Origin: an uncultured Methanosarcinaceae archaeon
GTDB taxonomy: Archaea > Halobacteriota > Methanosarcinia > Methanosarcinales > Methanosarcinaceae
Direction: 5' to 3'
Length of the DNA stretch: 64,000 nt
NCBI GenBank assembly: GCA_963733675.1
Contig: CAVTET010000001.1
Coordinates: 672,001-736,000 of the forward strand
Shown here: positions 55,990-64,000 of the stretch, in pieces
Layout of the letters: every line of letters begins with the position of its first letter
Numbering within the stretch: the first letter of the stretch is position 1
The notes under the pieces: generated by a model
Seen by the model: only the letters and a program-made list of their open reading frames with translations
Database searches by the model: none
What the model was told of the DNA's origin: nothing
Translations under genes and position numbers: made by a program

Positions 55990-56545
55990 ATTTTTCAAAT
56001 CAAAATGGTTATGAAACCTTGAAAACAGAACACATATTAATTATTGAAAATTCAACCCTAACTTTAACAATCGAGTAAAAATATTTGCCTTTGTTTATGT
56101 TATTCTTTCAAATAAATATAAACACAGAACAGAGAACATTCCATACACTTCCCAATAAGAATATATCCGTTGCTCCAGATTTATTCTTGCTGCGAATCCT
56201 TTTATAAATATAGATAGATCTGGTGAGTTATAAGCTAATTGATAACTTTATTGTCAAGAAAGGTGGCAAATGTTTAAGCCATGAATAAATTTTCAACACC
56301 TTATACCTTGAAGATTCCATGAAAGAGTCCTTTACCTAGCTCTTGAAATCTGGGGATTAACAAAGAGTCGATATTCCACATATGTTCATAGATGTAAAAT
56401 TTGTTTGCTGATTTACCCACTCTAATTCATTGAAAATTGGATTAATTGTGGAGCTACTGTCATAATGGAATAACAGCTGAATTTTTGTGTATATCTATGG
56501 AAAGTGGGGTAACTAATTATGTCTTCTAATCAGGTATTGGAATTT

Positions 56546-57016
56546 TTAAGATTCGGTTTTTTTTACTCGTCTGCCGTGCCTATCAATTTCTCCTTGTGCA
56601 ATTCTTGTTGAAGAAATAGGGATTCCATCTTCAGCCATTACATATTCCACATATACAATTTTCAGAAGTTCCTTTCCATTTTGTTCTCTTATAAGGTTGA
56701 TTTTAAGGGCAACTGGATAAGTCTCAGGAGAGACAATTATATAATCAAAATCCTCTTCTAGACTGGGGCCGTAGGGATCATTCAGCTTTGTAACTTCATA
56801 TGTGTCTTCAGGGAATCCAATTTCCATTAAATACCGCAGCAGTTGATTCCTACGACTTTCATAATTCTCGATAGTGTGCATCTTTTGCAGCATTTCGTCC
56901 GAGGTAAGCCCGATATGAACTTTTCCATCTCCTGCTATCTCAAATGCTTTTTTAATTAATTTGGCATGGCCATCATGAAGATACTGAAATGTACCGCCTA
57001 CTGCGACCTTTGGCAT
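56546..57016 (-). CDS. coaD: Phosphopantetheine adenylyltransferase (archaeal type)
   Basis: VAVGGTFQYLHDGH, IGLTSD, IVSPET, ISSTRI. Confidence 0.9.
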   Translation of the reverse strand: MPKVAVGGTFQYLHDGHAKLIKKAFEIAGDGKVHIGLTSDEMLQKMHTIENYESRRNQLLRYLMEIGFPEDTYEVTKLNDPYGPSLEEDFDYIIVSPETYPVALKINLIREQNGKELLKIVYVEYVMAEDGIPISSTRIAQGEIDRHGRRVKKTES

Positions 57017-57570
57017 GATATGTGATAATCCACTAAGTAAAAAGAGGTTTTGGTTTTTGTTACGGTTTTTTGAAGAGATTCCTTTTTGGATTATCAAGAA
57101 TTTGCTGTTAATTTAAAGTTAAATTTTTGAGTACTGTGTGTGATAAAGTCTAATGATTTGGGTTTTCCCCATTAATAACCTATTGAGGTTTATGATTTAT
57201 CAAAAAATTAGGCAAGATGCCACTTATTTCTTCATCTTGAAATTGCAAATATAAAAATAAGACAGCTTATTTTATTTTCGACATTTTGCAGATGTACACT
57301 AGGTATTTGTTTACCTATTTGTCCAATGTTATTCATTAAAAGTTGGATTAATTTCGAAGATACTGTCAAATTGAGAAAGTAAATGGCATTCTCGTGTACA
57401 TCTACAGAGTAGGTTACTTATTTTTGTAAGTTTTTTCGGCATTCCACTACTTTTCACAGGCTTTCCATTAATACTTTCACTCTGGCTCCTCTAGTTATAT
57501 ATACATGCAAAACGATGTGAAACAACCGTTATGCACCTTATCTAAACATGTGAATCTAGGAGGATTTGTA

Positions 57571-58548
57571 ATGAGCGAAATGTCACTCGAAGAGTTGCCT
57601 GGAGTTGGCCCTGCAACTGCAGAAAAACTAAAAGAAGCCGGATTTAACACAATTGAAGCAGTGGCTGTAGCTTCTCCATCTGAACTTGCAACAACAGTCG
57701 AAATCGGAGAATCAACTGCTGCAAAAATCATCAATGCTGCCAGGCAGGCAGCTGATATCGGAGGTTTTGAAACCGGGGACTTAGTGCTTGAAAGGCGAAA
57801 ACTGGTGGGCAAGCTGACAACCGGTTGTACGGAATTTGATGAAATGATGGGGGGAGGAATCGAAACCCAGGCTATCACAGAGCTGTATGGGGAATTCGGT
57901 TCCGGAAAAACCCAATTGGCTCATCAGCTAGCAGTGAACGTTCAAATGGACAGAGAACACGGTGGCCTAAGTGGTTCTGTCATCATAATAGATACTGAAA
58001 ATACATTCAGGCCTGAAAGAATAACTCAAATGGTGAAAGGGATTTCTGAGAAGTACGGCATAGAACTTGACCCTGAAGAGTTCCTTCAGAATATTCATGT
58101 TGCTAGAGCATACAATTCCAATCACCAGATACTTCTTGTAGATTCCGCAACAGATTTAGCAAACGAACTTAAAGAAATTGGCAAACCTACCCGCCTGTTA
58201 ATCGTCGACTCACTTATGGCTCATTTCAGGGCTGAATATGTTGGTAGGGGAACCCTCGCTGACAGACAACAGAAACTCAATAAGCACATGCATGGTTTGC
58301 TTCGTTTTGGTGACTTATTCAATGCCTGTGTAGTTGTAACAAACCAGGTGATGTCAAAGCCCGATACATTCTTTGGCGATCCCACAAGACCAATTGGAGG
58401 GCATATTGTGGGGCACACTGCAACCTTCAGACTTTACCTAAGAAAATCCAAAGGAGAAAAAAGAATCGTACGTCTAGTTGACTCGCCCAACCTGCCGGAA
58501 GGAGAAGCTGTTATCGCAGTCACTACAGCTGGACTGACTGATCAATGA
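57571..58548 (+). CDS. radA: DNA repair and recombination protein RadA
   Basis: LEELPGVG Hh[30 protein letters not shown]; GGAGG SD before 57571. Confidence 0.97.
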   Translation: MSEMSLEELPGVGPATAEKLKEAGFNTIEAVAVASPSELATTVEIGESTAAKIINAARQAADIGGFETGDLVLERRKLVGKLTTGCTEFDEMMGGGIETQAITELYGEFGSGKTQLAHQLAVNVQMDREHGGLSGSVIIIDTENTFRPERITQMVKGISEKYGIELDPEEFLQNIHVARAYNSNHQILLVDSATDLANELKEIGKPTRLLIVDSLMAHFRAEYVGRGTLADRQQKLNKHMHGLLRFGDLFNACVVVTNQVMSKPDTFFGDPTRPIGGHIVGHTATFRLYLRKSKGEKRIVRLVDSPNLPEGEAVIAVTTAGLTDQ

Positions 58549-58745
58549 AAATTAGAACTAGATGATAAATATTTATTTATGGGAAAACATTTTATTTCCC
58601 CATCCAATAGTTTTTAATGAAATGCAGAGCTATAGTTGTTGACATTGGTGGGACAATTACTTGCGAGAAAAGGGAATTCCAGATAGGGAACATCAAGAAA
58701 ATATGTTTTCTTAAAGCCTCAGTTGCTCTTGCCACGGAAGGTGTT

Positions 58746-58843
58746 CTATGGAGAATTTTGATAAACTCCTAGGTTCTGTCACATGTTTATAAATGTCATA
58801 TGAATAATTCTTGAAAATAGAGGTTTATCGAAATCCTCCATAG
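58746..58843. repeat. Family A inverted-repeat element
   Basis: CTATGGAGAATTTTGATAAACTC ... GAGGTTTATCGAAATCCTCCATAG. Confidence 0.75.
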
Positions 58844-59185
58844 TTCATCAATACTGTATATTTGAGCATTCTTTTTGTTTATATACACGAAATGCAGCAA
58901 TGTCGCAGATTTGCTGCAAATTTGACATCATAGTTTTTGTATACTTCATGTAATTAGATTCGTCATAATTGTTATTCCTTACTTATGATTTATTTAGATG
59001 TGTGATTTTACCGAAAAATTGATACACTGCTCTGAATGTAAATTGTATATCTTTTTAGGTATAGGAGGATAAATAATCAGAAAATTTTCAAATATTTCTA
59101 GTTTTGTTAGGATTATTTATAGTTTCATCGCAATATTTAACTACAAAAAGTTTCTATTTAATGCTGATAGGAGGGTTGTTAAGTG

Positions 59186-59359
59186 ATGAAATTATGGGAA
59201 TATGATTCTCGCAGGATTCATGGTGTTCACCTGGCACAGCAGATGATAGACCTCGAAAGAATTGGAAACGAGGGCTGGGAGCTGGTATTGATGAAAAACG
59301 ATATAGACGAAGATGGAGCAGTGACAGCAATTTTCAAAAGAGAAAAAGAAAGTGAGTAA
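59186..59359 (+). CDS. 57-aa small protein (DUF4177-like), absent from the ORF track
   Basis: MKLWEY...LERIGNEGWELV...AIFKR; GGAGG SD upstream. Confidence 0.75.
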   Translation: MKLWEYDSRRIHGVHLAQQMIDLERIGNEGWELVLMKNDIDEDGAVTAIFKREKESE

Positions 59360-60242
59360 CTAAATTTAATTGATAGCCTTTAAATTTTAATTTTCCTCAT
59401 CAAAAAGTTCCATTCTCCTAATATTTATTTTCCAAATAATTGTAGGAGTATGCTCTTAAGTATAATAGATAGTTTGTCACTCGAAAAGGAATCAATCTTA
59501 ATGATTTTCCTTTTGGAATTTCTTCTTTCGAGATTTTACAATGTCCACTAGGAAATTCACCTTACTATCTTCAGTTTTGATATCTAACATGAGATGTAAA
59601 GGGATTCAGAGCTTATTAAGATGAAAAATAATTAAATTGCTTAGTACTAGTGTTTTTAATGTTCTACGTTGTTTTTTTCCGGTACTCACACAATAGCATT
59701 CAATGGACATTGTAGTTACTAAATTTCTATAATATTACGAATAATTAGAGTTGTATCTTAGTCTACTTATATATACAGTACTGCCATTCTACTAATTTTT
59801 GTATTACTTTTAAATCATACCAAATAATGGTTCTGATTTTTTTGTAACTCTAGCTTTATATAAAATCTCAAAGACAACATTCCATGTGCTCAGTGTGATT
59901 CTTTGTTCTCTGTGGACACTTTTTCACACATCAGAAATGCTTTATTCTTCGATGATATCTTATAATTTTCCGTACTTTTTGGCTATATCTTCTCTTTTGA
60001 ATTTATCCATATTCAGATATTTGTTAGCCAATATTTAGGAGGGGAGCAAAGAGACAAAAAAAATCTAGTTAAAAAGCAAGTAAAGTGTTAACAATACAAA
60101 ATATTATTAAACTTTAATATATTATACTAATCCGAAATCCATATTTCCGACATGAAAACTCAAGATCTAATAACCTGAGACCAATGTAACTCCAATCCAA
60201 CATCTGAATAATTTAAAATAATCAGACACAGGAGCAAATTTA

Positions 60243-61460
60243 ATGTATTTTCTGAAATGTATCGAATGCGATGCAGAGTATTCCAAAGATGCAATAATCT
60301 ATACTTGCAGCAAATGTGATGGTCTGCTTGATGTTATTTATAATTATTCCTCAATTGAGATTGATATGGATAAACTAAAGACTGAATGCCCCTCGGTCTG
60401 GAAGTACGCAAAACTTCTTCCTGTAAAAAGATTGCCAGTAACTCTCAAAGAGGGAGGGACTCCTCTTTACAAATGCGACCGTCTTGCCGAAAAGATAGGA
60501 ATAAAAAAACTGTATGTAAAACACGAAGGCATGAATCCAACAGGCTCCTTTAAGGATAGGGGAATGACAGTTGGGGTTACGAAAGCGCTTGAACTCGGAA
60601 TGAAAACATTTGCTTGCGCATCTACAGGGAATACCTCTGCAGCTCTTGCGATCTATGGGGCAAAAGCAGGAGTTCCTGTAATTGTGTTGCTACCTGCAGG
60701 AAAAGTAGCTCTTGGAAAACTTGCACAGGCTTTGATGCACGGGGCAAAAGTCCTAAGCATCCGTGGGAACTTTGATGACGCACTCGCTCTTGTGCGTACT
60801 CTCTGCTACCAGGAAAATATCTACCTTTTAAACTCAATAAATCCTTATAGACTGGAAGGCCAAAAAACCATTGGTTTTGAGATTGCAGATCAGCTAGGTT
60901 TTAGGGCGCCTGACATAGTTGTCCTTCCCATAGGGAATGCAGGGAATATTACTGCTATTCATAAAGGCTTCAAGGAGTTTAAGATACTCGGTATAACTAA
61001 TTCTCTTCCGAGGATGATAGGAATTCAGGCAGAAGGCTCTTGCCCAGTTGTAAAAGCTATAAAGAGTGGAGCTCCAAAGATAACTCCGGAAGGTAATCCT
61101 GAGACAATTGCAACAGCAATCAGGATAGGAAACCCTGTCAACTCCAAAAAAGCTCTCAGAGCAATACGGGAATCCGGTGGAACTGCAGAGTCAGTCACTG
61201 ACGAAGAAATTCTCGCAGCCCAGAAGGATCTTGCAAGGCTTGAGGGTATTGGGGTCGAACCTGCGAGTGCAGCATCTGTCGCAGGACTTCGGAAACTTGT
61301 AAAAATGGGCATAATAAACATAAATGAAACCGTGGTCTGCATCACCACCGGACATCTTCTAAAGGATATATCCTCTGTTAGTAAGATTTGCGAGGAACCT
61401 ACTGTAGTAGACGCAAATATCGAATCTATCCGGGAAGCTATCCTTGGCAAGGTTGAGTAA
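60243..61460 (+). CDS. thrC: Threonine synthase
   Basis: NPTGSFKDRG, ASTGNT, PIGNAGN, EPASAAS. Confidence 0.93.
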   Translation: MYFLKCIECDAEYSKDAIIYTCSKCDGLLDVIYNYSSIEIDMDKLKTECPSVWKYAKLLPVKRLPVTLKEGGTPLYKCDRLAEKIGIKKLYVKHEGMNPTGSFKDRGMTVGVTKALELGMKTFACASTGNTSAALAIYGAKAGVPVIVLLPAGKVALGKLAQALMHGAKVLSIRGNFDDALALVRTLCYQENIYLLNSINPYRLEGQKTIGFEIADQLGFRAPDIVVLPIGNAGNITAIHKGFKEFKILGITNSLPRMIGIQAEGSCPVVKAIKSGAPKITPEGNPETIATAIRIGNPVNSKKALRAIRESGGTAESVTDEEILAAQKDLARLEGIGVEPASAASVAGLRKLVKMGIININETVVCITTGHLLKDISSVSKICEEPTVVDANIESIREAILGKVE

Positions 61461-61812
61461 AAAAGCAAACAATTTAGTTTCATGACTTTGATTCATTGAC
61501 CAAATCTGAAAAACGAGTAACTCTTTCATTTATGGGTAAATGTAAAACTAGTCTAGTGCTGGAGATCTTCAACAACTCATAGAGGCAACACAAGTTGGAT
61601 TATATATCAAATTAGAGTGATACGAAGATGAATATTTTCGTGTAGAATCTTAACAGTTAAGAAATTGGCATAACAAGGCTCTAGTACCTGCAATCTATAA
61701 TATTTTTTAAGACCGCTTACTGGTTTCCTGTAATCGTTTTGATATGATTCATTATATACTCTACATTTAGATTAATTTCTTTTATCATAATTTCCGGTGG
61801 GTGAGAACACGA

Positions 61813-64000
61813 ATGGAGCATGACTATAAACCTCATGAGATTGAACATAAATGGCAAAAAATTTGGACTGAAAGCAAAATTTTTCAGGCAGAACCGAATA
61901 AACGGGAAAAATTTTTCATAACTATCCCCTACCCCTACCTTAACGGAAATCTCCATGCTGGGCACACCCGGACTTTTACTATAGGAGACGTAGTAGCCCG
62001 GTATAAACGGATGCTAGGATATAATGTGCTTTACCCCATGGGTTTTCATGTAACCGGTACTCCAATTGTGGGACTTGCGGAACTAATTGCAAGCCGGGAT
62101 CCTCAAACAATGGATGTCTACGAACATCTTCATGGAATTCCCACAGATATTCTCCCTACCCTTGAAACGCCTGAAGCTGTCGTTGATTACTTCAAGCATG
62201 AGGCTGAGAAAGCAATGCGTATGATAGGGTATTCTATTGATTGGAGACGGAAGTTCACAACCACGGACCCTACTTACAAAAAATTCATACAATGGCAATA
62301 CATTCGTCTTGCTGAAAAAAACCTAATTGTCAAAGGCTCTCACCCTTTAAAATGGTGTCCTCACGACAGCAACCCTGTAGAAGACCACGACATACTTTAT
62401 GGGGAAGATGCTACTATCGTGGAATATACCCTCATCAAATTTAGATATAAAGACCTAGTCTTTCCTTGTGCAACCCTCAGGCCGGAAACAACTTACGGAG
62501 TAACAAATCTTTGGGTCAATCCGAATGTGGATTACTTAAAAATAAGGGTTGAAAAAAACAGATGCGAAGAGTTCTGGGTCGTAAGCAGGGAAGCTTTCCG
62601 AAAATTAACCTTTACTGACAGGAAAGTCGAGTATCTTGAGGATATACCTGCAAAATCCCTAGTAGGAATTAAACTCACAAATCCGATAACAGGAGATAAA
62701 ATAATTTCCCTTCCGGCTTCTTTTGTCAGGCCTGAAAACGGGACCGGAATCGTAATGAGTGTGCCTGCACATGCGCCCTTTGACTACTTGGCACTTCGTG
62801 ACCTTTATGATGCTGATTTGCATGATTATGGGATAACCGAAGACTTGAAAGAAATCAAACTACTTTCCCTTATAAAAGTACCTGAATTTGGAGAATTTCC
62901 GGCAAAAGAAATCGTAGAAAGTATGGGAATAACAAGTCAGAGTGATAAAAAAGCTGAAGAAGCCACGAAGATTGTATACAGGAGAGAATTCCATGGTGGA
63001 ATGCTCAAAAAGATCACGGGAAAATATGAAGGATGTTCAGTCTCGAAGATCAAGGATATCCTTACTAGGGACTTAATCAATTCGGATTCTGGAGAGCTAT
63101 TTTATGAACTCAGTGAGCCAGTGGTTTGTCGCTGCGGTACACCATGTGTCGTAAATATGGTAAAAGGCCAGTGGTTCCTTAATTATTCAGATCCGGAATG
63201 GAAATCGAAAGTTTATAAATGCCTTAGCAAGATGCGGATTATTCCTGAAGACTATAAGGTTGAGTTTGAAAACAAGGTTGATTGGCTAAAAGACAAAGCA
63301 TGCGCTCGCAAAAAAGGGCTTGGAACCCGTCTGCCTCTTGATAAGGAATGGCTAATCGAGTCCCTAGGGGATTCGACAATTTACATGAGTTATTACATAA
63401 TTGCCAAATTCATAGAGAAAGGCGACCTGGCTCTGGAGCAGCTTACGCTTTCTTTCTTTGACTACATACTGCTCGGAAAAGGTGATAATGCCGCTGTTTC
63501 TGCAGAAACTGGTATTGAGTCAGGGATCCTGGATGAAATTCGCAGCGATTTTACCTACTGGTATCCTGTGGACTTACGTTCGTCCGGGAAGGATCTTGTT
63601 CCGAACCACCTGCTTTTCTTCCTCTTCCACCATGTAGTCCTTTTTGGGGAAGAAAACTGGCCAAAGGCTCTTGCTGTAAACGGCTTTGTTTCCCTTGAGG
63701 GGCAAAAAATGAGCAAATCCAAAGGGCCGATCCTCACTATGGAAAGTGCAGTAAGAGATTACGGTGCTGACATAACAAGAATGTACATACTTTCCACAGC
63801 TGAACAGACTCAGGATGCAGACTGGCATAAGACAGGAATTGAATCCACTCGAAAGCAGGTGGATAGGTTTTACTCCTTTGCAAAAAATGTTATAGATAGT
63901 GAAAAACATGGCTACACAAACTCTGAACTCAAGCAGATTGATCGTTGGATGCTTTCACGGATACAGGGCTACGTTCATAAAACAAATATTGCCCTAGACT
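61813..64000 (+). CDS. leuS: Leucyl-tRNA synthetase (runs off the 3' edge)
   Basis: Frame-1 ORF: PYPYLNGNLHAGH, ATLRPET, SVPAHAPFD, ESLGDSTIY, KMSKS. Confidence 0.95.
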   Translation, partial: MEHDYKPHEIEHKWQKIWTESKIFQAEPNKREKFFITIPYPYLNGNLHAGHTRTFTIGDVVARYKRMLGYNVLYPMGFHVTGTPIVGLAELIASRDPQTMDVYEHLHGIPTDILPTLETPEAVVDYFKHEAEKAMRMIGYSIDWRRKFTTTDPTYKKFIQWQYIRLAEKNLIVKGSHPLKWCPHDSNPVEDHDILYGEDATIVEYTLIKFRYKDLVFPCATLRPETTYGVTNLWVNPNVDYLKIRVEKNRCEEFWVVSREAFRKLTFTDRKVEYLEDIPAKSLVGIKLTNPITGDKIISLPASFVRPENGTGIVMSVPAHAPFDYLALRDLYDADLHDYGITEDLKEIKLLSLIKVPEFGEFPAKEIVESMGITSQSDKKAEEATKIVYRREFHGGMLKKITGKYEGCSVSKIKDILTRDLINSDSGELFYELSEPVVCRCGTPCVVNMVKGQWFLNYSDPEWKSKVYKCLSKMRIIPEDYKVEFENKVDWLKDKACARKKGLGTRLPLDKEWLIESLGDSTIYMSYYIIAKFIEKGDLALEQLTLSFFDYILLGKGDNAAVSAETGIESGILDEIRSDFTYWYPVDLRSSGKDLVPNHLLFFLFHHVVLFGEENWPKALAVNGFVSLEGQKMSKSKGPILTMESAVRDYGADITRMYILSTAEQTQDADWHKTGIESTRKQVDRFYSFAKNVIDSEKHGYTNSELKQIDRWMLSRIQGYVHKTNIALD

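Noticed and set aside
1-64000. tRNA, rRNA or CRISPR arrays
   Set aside because: No cloverleaf-like GC-rich segments, rRNA motifs or repeat-spacer arrays were seen; a tRNAscan/Infernal run would be needed to exclude them fully.

Overview
Archaeal chromosome segment, almost certainly Methanosarcina (MC1 chromatin protein, gatE, radA, cysteate synthase plus fused comDE, PGF-pre-PGF surface protein). Islands of housekeeping genes (aIF-1A, PINA ATPase, hisI, cysteine desulfurase, cobT, gatE, coaD, radA, thrC, partial leuS) alternate with AT-rich accessory DNA full of pseudogenes, three 855-bp IS6 copies, IS5/IS110 remnants and several small repeat families. The standout is a GC-richer operon at about 35.7-43.5 kb: ABC-2 exporter, NifD-like, NifK-like and NifH-like genes, a SAM methyltransferase and DUF169 genes. 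Its D/K pair keeps the P-cluster cysteines and the alpha-Cys275 equivalent but apparently lacks the His195/His442 equivalents, so it looks like a nitrogenase-fold reductase of unknown substrate rather than Nif, Cfb or Bch. Also notable are a repeat-protein/STAS-like/PIN three-gene module, a 150-bp IS6-type MITE, an ~89-bp inverted-repeat family, a ~172-bp dispersed non-coding element, and a Fic gene with a duplicated operator-like motif. All calls were made by eye; no database searches were run.
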